Origin: Felis catus
Lineage: Eukaryota
NCBI RefSeq assembly: GCF_018350175.1
Contig: NC_058377.1
Location: 100,750,001-100,814,000 of the forward strand
Direction: 5' to 3'
DNA length: 64,000 nt
Part shown: positions 24,991 through 37,300 of the stretch, in pieces
Numbering within the stretch: the stretch's first letter is position 1
Layout of the letters: each line of letters opens with the position of its first letter
Notes under the pieces: model-generated
The model's database searches: none
What the model saw: only the letters and a program-made list of their open reading frames with translations
What the model was told of the DNA's origin: nothing
Made by a program: the position numbers and the translations under genes

Positions 24991-27029
24991 TCATTTTCAG
25001 GGTGCATACTGGACTTTATGTTACATCCCTGTGGTTCCTGAATTAATTCTGCTATGACAGTGTGTGACAGCTTCGTGGCCATTTGCAACACTTTGCATTA
25101 CACAGGTGCTGTGCCCCAGAAACCCCGTGCCCTACTACAGGTTGTATCAAATGCATGGGGAGTAGCATGTTTCCTGAAACTCACATGTTCTGCTTTCGAG
25201 GTATCTTTTAGTGCTTCATCACAGTCACTTCTGTGAGTTCTCCTCACTAATGTCTCTTTCTTGTTCTGAGTCTTATGTCAGCCAGTTGCTTCTCGCTGCT
25301 TCTCACAATGAGGTGAGCACAGAGCTCTTCTTCCTCCTGTCTTATGAGGTTTTCATTGCCACCTCTCCAGACACATTCATCAGGTGAGCATCAAGAAATC
25401 CTCTTCAACTGTCAGCTTCACACTTGACCGATCACCGTTTTCTACGGCACCATTCTCTTCTCCTAGTCTCTGCCCTACCTCCTAAACCTCCAGGCACACA
25501 AAGTGTTACCTGTTATATACGGTGGTGATCCTCTTGTTGAAGCCCCTTATCTATAGACTGAGATATAAGGACACGAAAGACACAGTCAGACACTTTTTTT
25601 TTCCATAGTGAATGGTAAACACTTACCTCTGTTATTATAGAACATCTTTCTGTGATTTTTGAAGGAGCTGTCAATCAAGCTCATTTTTAAACATCACTTA
25701 GATTGTCCAAAAGACAGAATACTTACAATGGGAAGAATATGAATTTTAGGTCTGAGAAATCATACCTGGCTCTGATAATATAAAATCGGCCAGTTGGTTT
25801 ATCTGAACCAGTCTTTATCTACAAAAATGATATAATGTGATGTAACTCATGGAGTGGAATGTGAAAAAAAATAAAATGTAGACAGCATATCTGGCATTTG
25901 TATATGTGCAATACATGCTAGTTGTATTCTCTTCTCTTCACTGCTAAGCGATAGGTTGCAGGTGTTAAATACACAGCCACTTTTGCAGTTTAAATTCAAT
26001 GAAATTGATGAAAGGAAAGAAATACATAGTCTTCTTTTCAAAAACCTCACAAGCCAGTAGTATTAGTAAATATCATAATGTTTGGTCAGGAGACACGTCA
26101 AAATCATATGTGGATATCAAAGAGATTATTTCATAATTGTGTGCATCCTTTGCTTGAACTTGAAGGATGGGCAGGTTTTGAAAAGACACAGAAGAGAAAG
26201 ACACAAGGTGTATTCAGGAGTAAAGAACAGGAACAACATTTGAGAGGTGAGCATGAATAATAAAGCCAATGATTCAGCAATATTGTGAGCTACTGTTTTG
26301 TGTCATATGCATTCAAGGTATCTTGTTAGGTGCTGGAAGGAATGAGAATTTGCATAAGATACACTTATTATTCTCAATTCCTTCAAAAAGAGTTCCCTTG
26401 TGGAGGGTGCAAATATTACAAGAAGTTTAGAAATACTAGCGTGTTTCCTAGAATAGTGAGAACAAAAACAAACCAAATATATTCACGTTCTATGTTTTAG
26501 GCTCCCTAAACATTTATTTTCCTTAAATGTTGTTTTAAATTGTCATTTGTAAATTATAATCTTAACAAGTAATTAATCAAACTTAGGTTATTGTGTCTAT
26601 TAGGAAAGATTAGCTTCTCTCTGGTAGTAGTAACATTTATTATAAGATGGCCTCATAGATAAAGGTGTCTAATTTTCAAAAATCTTATGACATCATATTT
26701 ATCTTTCTTCTGTCATTAATTTTGCTTGAATTACTTACGTATCCTTTGTTTGGTACTCTTTGTCATTGGTAAATCCCAAATTAGTCCAGAAAATTATTAT
26801 GAGAAAAAATAATAGCTGTGTTGGTTGAGGGTAAAATAAACACTGGATAATAACCATATATTGGTTCATGAAATAATTTGGAATGGTTCTGTGATCTTAA
26901 ACTTACAGTAATTAATTAAAGTCAACTTATTTCAGAAGTAGAACTATATAATTATGACCCAAACTATCTTATATATTTGCATATATTCACGTATATGAAA
27001 CTGCCTTCTTTTACACATTGTCACTTGAT

Positions 27030-28040
27030 TTGAACTTACCTGGAACGCTTGTAGTAAAGTAGCAGAAATGTTATATTGTTCTTGATTGGAGTCAATGATG
27101 AAAATGAAAACTAACCTATGAAATTTAATAGATGCTTCTAAGTGTTTAGAGGGAAATATATGTCTTTGAATAACTGTATTAGAAATGAAGAAAACTCTCA
27201 AAATTAGAATCTTAGCTTCCACATTAAGAATCAAAAAAAAAAAAAAAAGAAAAAAGAAAAGAAAAGAAAAAGAAAAAAAGAACAAGGGAGGTTATAATAA
27301 AGACCAGATTATCAGTCAATAAAGTAGAAAAATTAAAAGTAGAGATCATTGAGTTTGCACTGTGAAAAGATTACTACCATTGACAAAATTTTAGCTAGAA
27401 TTACTAGGAGAAAAGGAAACCAGAAACAAATTAGTACAATTAGTAAGGATAGTAATCTTGCAAAAATTTTATGCCAACAATTTAGTCAACTTAGATGATA
27501 CAGACAGATTTGAAAAAGATAAATTTTCCCAAGATGACAAAGAAGTAGAAAATCTGAATAGATATGTGACAATAAATTCAATTTGTAATGAAAATATTCT
27601 CACACTCCTTCCATCAATATCCAGACAATTACTCTTACTAAATATCTATGTAGGCAATAACACTGGTTGTTACACAGATGGCTTCACCAGTTACTTTTAC
27701 TAAATAACTACATAAGCAATGGTACCATTGTGAGTTACTTTATTTAGGAGACAGAGACCGTGATCCTTTTTCCAATTCATGCAGTTATATCAGTATTACC
27801 CTGATACCAAAGCCAAACAAAGGCAACACACAGAGGAAAACAGAAAGCAAAATCCCTCATGGATACAAACCCAAGAATTCTCAACAAATCCTTGTATCCA
27901 ATAATAAGATAAAATAGATGCACTAAAACATAAAAAGGCTTATGAGCCACACCAAGGGAGATTTATCTCAGAAATGCGAAGTTGGTTTAACATATGAAAA
28001 ACAATGTAATATATCACTTACATAGAATGATGGAGATGGG
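27030..28040 (+). mobile_element. Ancient L1M ORF2 fragment (copy ~35743-36750)
   Basis: Decayed KFYANNLVNLDD, EVENLNR and SITLIPKP motifs. Confidence 0.7.
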
Positions 28041-31000
28041 GAACCGGATGGAATGTCTCCTCAGCCTTGGGTGCCATCTTTGGCACATCAATTTTGTAAA
28101 ATATAATCATATTATATGGTAGTTGAGAGAATACCAATGTATTTCCTTGAAACTACATTTTACCACATATACCTTTACAAATTTATGTGCACAGCCAGTG
28201 ATACACAGAGACGAATGGAAAACTGTGGCCTAGATTGATCTTTTAAAGTCAGAAGAACACATCTGGGAAAGATATCTGAGGGGTCCCATTTGATGACTTC
28301 CACCATTGCACATGCATTGGAAAAAAAAATGCAGTCTCAGAAATCTCTCTGGATTTATTTTTTTTTCCATACATTCATATGGGTGGAAAACCAGATGGAC
28401 CTCAATTTCTTTTATTGATCATTTATTTTGAATGTGTCCAAGTTTCAACCGCCTGTAAGATAAGCATAAAAACTGGAATTGCTCTCCTGGCTGGTTACTA
28501 GGAAGCTAAAGTAAGTGAATATTTGTATAATAGTTAGAATGGGTTCCAACACATAGCAAGTGTGAGTTATTATATGGTTTTCTGACCACTGGAGTCATTA
28601 TTTTTTTGACTTTTTTGTTATTTAAAGGAATTCTGATGCAGCTGTAGTCCCCGTGCCCTACAGGAATCTAGGGGATGTTGTAATGTTATAAGAAAGGAAG
28701 AACTTCTAAGAGATATGCATGGCATGTCATTATGGCAATATGAGCTGTGTCCCACACATACGACACTTAATGTGACCTCTATCACGTAGCACCACAAATT
28801 CTGGGAGGAAGCATATGTGGTTTTAAACCATTGTTTCCCAATTTGGGATAATTTAAAAAATAAATTTCCTGATGATATTCCATAGAGATGAACTATTAGT
28901 TGTGTTATATCATACATCACCTTGGTTTAATTTTTATATATTTTGTTATACCATAGAGATTAGTAATTGTTTTGGAGCTTAATGGGCCCATTCCCCAGGA
29001 GCTTAAATTACAGTACAAGTAAGTGTCTGCCTGCTATATACATCTTATATCTTCAGCACCAGGGACAAAACTAGGTCACTCAGGTTTGTTAGCAAGAACT
29101 AGGTTTTGGTTACTTGAAAATAGAAATGAATATATTTTGTCCATAAACAATTATTTTAAAGATATATTGAACTCAACTCTCTTCTAATTAGAGAATGTTT
29201 TAACAGGACCCATATTTCTGTGCAGTTACTGTTTAGAGTGCTTTTGTGTTTTGGTATTCAGAAACAATTAATGGTGAATTTGGAACCGTTTTCTCTGTAA
29301 CATAAAACATGGATGTGTGTAAAAGAATGCTAAATAAACAAATGGTATCTCTCTCTCTCTCTCTCGCTCTCTCTCTCATCTCTTACCACCCATTTTTCAG
29401 ACCGATCTCTATCACAGCATCTAACATGTATGACCATTGAGAGCGTCCTTAGTTTTCATATTAATGCTGAGGTTTGCATTTCTGTTCCTGCCAGATGGTT
29501 ATCGAGAGTCAGGACTTATGAACTCTCTGTGGTTAGAAAAAGAGATGAATTCTTTTGGATTTGTTTTGGGTTTGTTATGAAATGGTTTCTTATTATCAGC
29601 CTAGGAGATTATGAAGCAAAACATTTGCCAGGTTGAATATCCTCTTTGAGAAGTAGGCAAGTAGGTCAGGTATTTTGCTTTGTTTTGTTTTTGTTCTTGG
29701 TCAGGTAATGGAAAACTGTGACTTAAGGGAAGTGATATGTTTCCATGTCTTTAAGGTTCGCTCAAGAGACCGAGAAGATACCAAGATATGCTTCCATTCC
29801 AGAACCTCTTCACTCAATTTTCATTACGCATAAGTGGAGAAGTCATGATTCTAGTCCTTGTGCTGTCTAGAAGTGGGAGCAGAGAATAGAATCCCTCAAT
29901 TTTTATTTGCCTTTTCCTTTAAGAAGGGCCTCAGTGGTAGATCTCCCTTATATAGAGCATACAATGTAATCATTTTTGCAACCAACTACTTAAACAATCT
30001 CTATCATGTGTATTCATATCTCTATGGGTGCATCTTCATTTGCGTCTATATGTATATGCTGAGTGTACTATTCAGTATCCTTTTTATTTAAAAAAAACAC
30101 CTCATAAAAGGGATTTTACATAGTATGATAATTTTCTGTCCTAGATATGACGCCCCAAAGTTTAACACTTGCTCCACTTCTGAAAATATTTTTTATGGTA
30201 AATATTATAAACAGTAATGCAATACAGTTTTGGACATGATTTTTCACAACTTTATCAATGTAACTAAATATCTTTTAATAGCTTATGAGGAATAAAATCT
30301 ATCAAAAAAATATCAGATAGCTTTTATTGTTGTCAGGGTCAAGACTTGGATATATACCCCTTCATTACTTTCCAGAAAAAGGTATTCAAGAGATCTATCT
30401 CTCTGAATCTTTATTAGCATAGATTGTTATTATCATAATTAATTAAGCTAGTAAATCAATTAACCACATAGTGGATTTGATAGGCACAATTCTCACTTTC
30501 AATGTATATTTTAAATCTCTTGTTTCATAATTCAGATTTTAACGAGTTTTTGTGAGCTACAAACATCAAAATTTCTATCACACTTTTCCATAATAGAATA
30601 TGAGAAAACTTTGTTTCAAATTTATGTTCCTGATAGAGTCACGTAAAAATAAAAAAACAAAAAAGTATTTGGAGCATCAGAGTAGGTGTTACTCTCCTGA
30701 ACAGAGCTTATTAAGTTTCTTCAGAGAACAGATGCTAGTGTCTGTATGGCTTTGAAATATATCATTGAATCTATCTTAAATTCCACCCAGAAACTGAACT
30801 TAATCATAGATAAAGTGATAGATAAGGGTTGGAATCATTCAAGCTTTCTACTGATGCCTAAGTCAGTTTTGGTCAGTGGGATCCACTGAGTCTTTAACCT
30901 TTTGAATTACTTGACCACTGTGCTTCTGTTGTATCTTATACATACATTGTTTGATATCAATGTTATATTCTACTGAAATTAATGTTAGCCTGTTTTTTCC

Positions 31001-31062
31001 TCCCTTTTTAGAAGAAAGACAATATTTATCATTTGTTTCCCTAAGTCTGACACCTGGCAGGA

Positions 31063-31998
31063 ATGGGCACGGGAAACTGCTCCAGTGTGACCGAGTTCAT
31101 TCTCCTCGGATTCGCAGAAGCCCCCGAGTTGAGAGTCGCCCTCTTCTCTGTGTTCCTCCTCATCTATGGAGTCACGGTGCTGGGCAACCTGGGGATGATG
31201 GCAGTGATTCAGGTCAGCTGTCACCTTCACACTCCCATGTACTTTTTCCTCAGCCACTTATCCTTTGTGGATTCTTGCTACTCCACCGTCATCGTGCCAA
31301 AGATGCTAACTAATATCTTAAACGAGGACAAAACCATTTCCTTCCTGGGGTGCTGCGTGCAATTCTACTTGTTTTGTACATGTGTGGTAAGTGAGGTCTT
31401 CCTGTTGGCGGTCATGGCCTATGACCGCTTCGTGGCCATCTGGAACCCACTGTTGTACACGGTCACCATGTCCCGGAATCTCTGTGTGGAGCTGGTGTCT
31501 TGTTGCTACCTGTGTGGGATGGTGTGTTCTCTGATCCACTTGTGTTTAGCTCTTGAGATCACATCCTACAGATCAAATGTGATTGACCACTTCTTCTGCG
31601 ATCTGCCCCCTCTCTTGTCCCTTGCTTGCTCTGATGTCACTATGAATGAACTCATGGTATTCATTGTGGCCACCTTCAATGAGATCACCACCATCGTGAT
31701 CATCCTCACCTCCTACTTGCTAATTCTCATCACCATCCTGAGGATGCACTCTGCCGAGGGAAGGCGCAAAGCCTTTTCCACCTGTGCCTCCCACCTCACA
31801 GCCATCCTTGTCTTCCACGGAACAATCCTTTTCACTTACTGCCGGCCCAGTTCTGGCAACAGTATGGATACTGACAAGGTGGCCACGGTGTTCTACACTG
31901 CAGTGATTCCCATGCTCAACCCCCTCATCTATAGCCTCCGGAACAAGGATGTGAAGGAAGCGCTCAGAAAAATGGTGAGCTCCAAAATATTTTCCTAG
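31063..31998 (+). CDS. Olfactory receptor, OR5L-like (G3), 311 aa, hybrid gene
   Basis: Intact ORF; acceptor ctggcag 2 nt before the ATG; 5' flank shared with G4, 3' flank shared with G2. Confidence 0.93.
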   Translation: MGTGNCSSVTEFILLGFAEAPELRVALFSVFLLIYGVTVLGNLGMMAVIQVSCHLHTPMYFFLSHLSFVDSCYSTVIVPKMLTNILNEDKTISFLGCCVQFYLFCTCVVSEVFLLAVMAYDRFVAIWNPLLYTVTMSRNLCVELVSCCYLCGMVCSLIHLCLALEITSYRSNVIDHFFCDLPPLLSLACSDVTMNELMVFIVATFNEITTIVIILTSYLLILITILRMHSAEGRRKAFSTCASHLTAILVFHGTILFTYCRPSSGNSMDTDKVATVFYTAVIPMLNPLIYSLRNKDVKEALRKMVSSKIFS

Positions 31999-32718
31999 AA
32001 AATATTTTCTTTGCGAGACTCAAGTTCCCACAGGGCAGGCTGGTTGAGCGGTGAATGGGTGGTTGTAGTGTTTGAGTGGAGGGTAGAGCCAGGGGGTAGG
32101 TAGTTAAGAGCGATTCTTTTTGATTCACTTACCTTTATGAATCTTCCATTTGCCTCAAAGTTAGGACTGAGTATATTTCAAATTTTAAGCCTACTTCTTT
32201 TCTTTTCTTCAATCTATAATCTTTGAAATGGATAGGAGTAATGGATTCCTAAGACATGTTTGGTTTGCTCTATAACCTTCATAAGCTTAATGAAGAACTC
32301 TTGAGAATCATGCTCTCTTTCAGTATCTACGATGGAAAATTCATTCCTTTTCAAAATTGAATTCCTGCCATTTTACAATGAAGAACACATCTTTGTCCAA
32401 CAGTTGATACATAGAGTGCGATTTCCACATGCACACATGTCATTTTTATCTTTTTATTCTTTTTGATACATTTATTGCTTATTTTTTGTTTTCCTTATTA
32501 TTTGTCTCAGTGTACAGTGTTTTTGGAACTTCAGATAGTATCTCATCTGAAAAAGTGGAGTTAATCTTAATTACTTCACATGGATGTTAGTAAAATTAAA
32601 TTGCATGTCATGTGCAAAGAGCCTAGAATAATCCCTGGCACATAAATAGTTTTCTGTTTCTCTCTCTTCCTTCCCTTATATTGTCCTAATATTACATATA
32701 TACTTTTGGTCACATGTG

Positions 32719-32752
<34 letters not shown>

Positions 32753-32902
32753 GATTTGCCATCATTGAATAACCCTTACTACAAGTAGCTGCATTTCTGA
32801 CTTAGGTCACTTGTCACATTTTTGTTGTTTGTTTCCTCAATTTTTGTCTCCATTATAACTCTCCATTTGGATCAAACGCTGTCACTTAAAATTGGAATTC
32901 TA

Positions 32903-34303
32903 AGCTATTTGTAGAAAACATAAATATTTCATTTTCAAGCCAAAATATGGAAAGACCCTAAATGTCAACCAACTGATGAATGCACAAAGAAGATGTGATA
33001 TATCTATATCTATATCTATATCTGTATCTATATCTATATCTATATCTATCATCTATATCTAGAGAGAGAGAGGAATATTACTGAGCCACCAAAAAGAGTG
33101 AAATCTTGCTATTTGCAACAACCTGGATGGAATTAGAGATGATTATGCTGAGTGAAATAAGTCAGTCAAAGGCAAATACCATATTATTTTCTCTCATATG
33201 TGGAATTTTTTTTTAATTTTTTTTTCAACGTTTATTTATTTTTGGGACAGAGAGAGACAGCGCATGAACAGGGGAGGGGCAGAGAGAGAGGGAGACACAG
33301 AATCTGAAACAGGCTCCAGGCTCTGAGCCATCAGCCCAGAGCCTGACGCGGGGCTCAAACTCCCAGACCGCGAGATCATGACCTGGCTAAAGTTCGACGC
33401 CCAACCGACTGTGCCACCCAGGCGCCCCTCATATGTGGAATTTAAGAAACAAAGCAGATGAATATAGTGGGGAAAAAAGAGAGCTAAACCATAGAATAGT
33501 CTCTTAACTAGGGAAGAAACTGAATGTTGCCAGATGGGAGGTGGGTGGGGGAATGGATTAAACGTGTGATGGATACTAAGGAGGGCAGTTGTGATGAGCA
33601 CTGGGTGTTGGATGTAAGTGATAAATCACTGAAATCTACATCTGGAATTGATATTACACTGTATGTTAACTAAATGGAATTTAAATAAAAACCTGAAAAA
33701 AAATCATTTTCAGGGTGCATACTGGACTTTATGTTACATCCCTGTGGTTCCTGAATTAATTCTGCTATGACAGTGTGTGACAGCTTCGTGGCCATTTGCA
33801 ACACTTTGCATTACACAGGTGCTGTGCCCCAGAAACCCCGTGCCCTACTACAGGTTGTATCAAATGCATGGGGAGTAGCATGTTTCCTGAAACTCACATG
33901 TTCTGCTTTTGAGGTATCTTTTAGTGCTTCATCACAGTCACTTCTGTGAGTTCTCCTCACTAATGTCTCTTTCTTGTTCTGAGTCTTATGTCAGCCAGTT
34001 GCTTCTCGCTGCTTCTCACAATGAGGTGAGCACAGAGCTCTTCTTCCTCCTGTCTTATGAGGTTTTCATTGCCACCTCTCCAGACACATTCATCAGGTGA
34101 GCATCAAGAAATCCTCTTCAACTGTCAGCTTCACACTTGACCGATCACCGTTTTCTACGGCACCATTCTCTTCTCCTAGTCTCTGCCCTACCTCCTAAAC
34201 CTCCAGGCACACAAAGTGTTACCTGTTATATACGGTGGTGATCCTCTTGTTGAAGCCCCTTATCTATAGACTGAGATATAAGGACACGAAAGACACAGTC
34301 AGA
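32903..34303 (+). pseudogene. Duplicate of the OR5D16-like pseudogene
   Basis: Offset +8713 from the first copy and near-identical (ORF 33767 equals ORF 25054). Confidence 0.8.
32938..33703 (+). mobile_element. Duplicate L1 3' fragment with nested SINE (33209-33428, minus strand)
   Basis: Matches 24225-24990 at offset +8713. Confidence 0.85.
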
Positions 34304-37300
34304 CACTTTTTTTTTCCATAGTGAATGGTAAACACTTACCTCTGTTATTATAGAACATCTTTCTGTGATTTTTGAAGGAGCTGTCAATCAAGCTCATTTT
34401 TAAACATCACTTAGATTGTCCAAAAGACAGAATACTTACAATGGGAAGAATATGAATTTTAGGTCTGAGAAATCATACCTGGCTCTGATAATATAAAATC
34501 GGCCAGTTGGTTTATCTGAACCAGTCTTTATCTACAAAAATGATATAATGTGATGTAACTCATGGAGTGGAATGTGAAAAAAAATAAAATGTAGACAGCA
34601 TATCTGGCATTTGTATATGTGCAATACATGCTAGTTGTATTCTCTTCTCTTCACTGCTAAGCGATAGGTTGCAGGTGTTAAATACACAGCCACTTTTGCA
34701 GTTTAAATTCAATGAAATTGATGAAAGGAAAGAAATACATAGTCTTCTTTTCAAAAACCTCACAAGCCAGTAGTATTAGTAAATATCATAATGTTTGGTC
34801 AGGAGACACGTCAAAATCATATGTGGATATCAAAGAGATTATTTCATAATTGTGTGCATCCTTTGCTTGAACTTGAAGGATGGGCAGGTTTTGAAAAGAC
34901 ACAGAAGAGAAAGACACAAGGTGTATTCAGGAGTAAAGAACAGGAACAACATTTGAGAGGTGAGCATGAATAATAAAGCCAATGATTCAGCAATATTGTG
35001 AGCTACTGTTTTGTGTCATATGCATTCAAGGTATCTTGTTAGGTGCTGGAAGGAATGAGAATTTGCATAAGATACACTTATTATTCTCAATTCCTTCAAA
35101 AAGAGTTCCCTTGTGGAGGGTGCAAATATTACAAGAAGTTTAGAAATACTAGCGTGTTTCCTAGAATAGTGAGAACAAAAACAAACCAAATATATTCACG
35201 TTCTATGTTTTAGGCTCCCTAAACATTTATTTTCCTTAAATGTTGTTTTAAATTGTCATTTGTAAATTATAATCTTAACAAGTAATTAATCAAACTTAGG
35301 TTATTGTGTCTATTAGGAAAGATTAGCTTCTCTCTGGTAGTAGTAACATTTATTATAAGATGGCCTCATAGATAAAGGTGTCTAATTTTCAAAAATCTTA
35401 TGACATCATATTTATCTTTCTTCTGTCATTAATTTTGCTTGAATTACTTACGTATCCTTTGTTTGGTACTCTTTGTCACTGGTAAATCCCAAATTAGTCC
35501 AGAAAATTATTATGAGAAAAAATAATAGCTGTGTTGGTTGAGGGTAAAATAAACACTGGATAATAACCATATATTGGTTCATGAAATAATTTGGAATGGT
35601 TCTGTGATCTTAAACTTACAGTAATTAATTAAAGTCAACTTATTTCAGAAGTAGAACTATATAATTATGACCCAAACTATCTTATATATTTGCATATATT
35701 CACGTATATGAAACTGCCTTCTTTTACACATTGTCACTTGATTTGAACTTACCTGGAACGCTTGTAGTAAAGTAGCAGAAATGTTATATTGTTCTTGATT
35801 GGAGTCAATGATGAAAATGAAAACTAACCTATGAAATTTAATAGATGCTTCTAAGTGTTTAGAGGGAAATATATGTCTTTAAATAACTGTATTAGAAATG
35901 AAGAAAACTCTCAAAATTAGAATCTTAGCTTCCACATTAAGAATCAAAAAAAAAAAAAAAAGAAAAAAGAAAAGAAAAGAAAAAGAAAAAAAGAACAAGG
36001 GAGGTTATAATAAAGACCAGATTATCAGTCAATAAAGTAGAAAAATTAAAAGTAGAGATCATTGAGTTTGCACTGTGAAAAGATTACTACCATTGACAAA
36101 ATTTTAGCTAGAATTACTAGGAGAAAAGGAAACCAGAAACAAATTAGTACAATTAGTAAGGATAGTAATCTTGCAAAAATTTTATGCCAACAATTTAGTC
36201 AACTTAGATGATACAGACAGATTTGAAAAAGATAAATTTTCCCAAGATGACAAAGAAGTAGAAAATCTGAATAGATATGTGACAGTAAATTCAATTTGTA
36301 ATGAAAATATTCTCACACTCCTTCCATCAATATCCAGACAATTACTCTTACTAAATATCTATGTAGGCAATAACACTGGTTGTTACACAGATGGCTTCAC
36401 CAGTTACTTTTACTAAATAACTACATAAGCAATGGTACCAATTGTGAGTTACTCTATTTAGGAGATAGAGACTGTGATCCTTTTTCCAATTCATGCAGTT
36501 ATATCAGTATTACCCTGATACCAAAGCCAAACAAAGGCAACACACAGAGGAAAACAGAAACCAAAATCCCTCATGGATACAAACCCAAGAATTCTCAACA
36601 AATCCTTGTATCCAATAATAAGATAAAATAGATGCACTAAAACAAATAAAAGGCTTATGAGCCACACCAAGGGAGATTTATCTCAGAAATGCGAAGTTGG
36701 TTTAACATATGAAAAACAATGTAATATATCATTTACATAGAATGATGGAGATGGGGAACCAGATGGAATGTCTCCTCAGCCTTGGGTGCCGTCTTTGGCA
36801 CATCAATTTTGTAAAATATAATCATATTATATGGTAGTTGAGAGAATACCAATGTATTTCCTTGAAACTACATTTTACCACATATACCTTTACAAATTTA
36901 TGTGCACAGCCAGTGATACACAGAGACGAATGGAAAACTGTGGCCTAGATTGATCTTTTAAAGTCAGAAGAACACATCTGGGAAAGATATCTGAGGGGTC
37001 CCATTTGATGACTTCCACCATTGCACATGCATTAGAAAAAAAAAATGCAGTCTCAGAAATCTCTCTGGATTTATTTATTTTTTCCATACATTCATATGGG
37101 TGGAAAACCAGATGGGCCTCAATTTCTTTTATTGATCATTTATTTTGAATGTGTCCAAGTTTCAACCGCTTGTAAGATAAGCATAAAAACTGGAATTGCT
37201 CTCCTGGCTGGTTACTAGGAAGCTAAAGTAAGTGAATATTTGTATAATAGTTAGAATGGGTTCCAACACATAACAATTGTGAGTATTATACGGTTTTCTG

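Larger units (their letters stand above)
24190..25590 (+). pseudogene. OR5D (OR5D16-like) pseudogene, 5'-truncated and split by an L1 fragment
   Basis: Frameshifted remnants SFSGC..ELIL, DSFVAICN, AWGVAC, FCEFSSLMSLSCSESYVSQLL, VVILLLKPLIYRLRYKD. A short VVEDRTISF-like stub sits left of the L1. ELIL and P/LLL resemble OR5D16 as I recall it. Confidence 0.8.

Noticed and set aside
30951-31313. Alternative-frame and antisense ORFs repeated over each OR gene
   Set aside because: They recur only because the OR CDSs are duplicated; no independent coding evidence.
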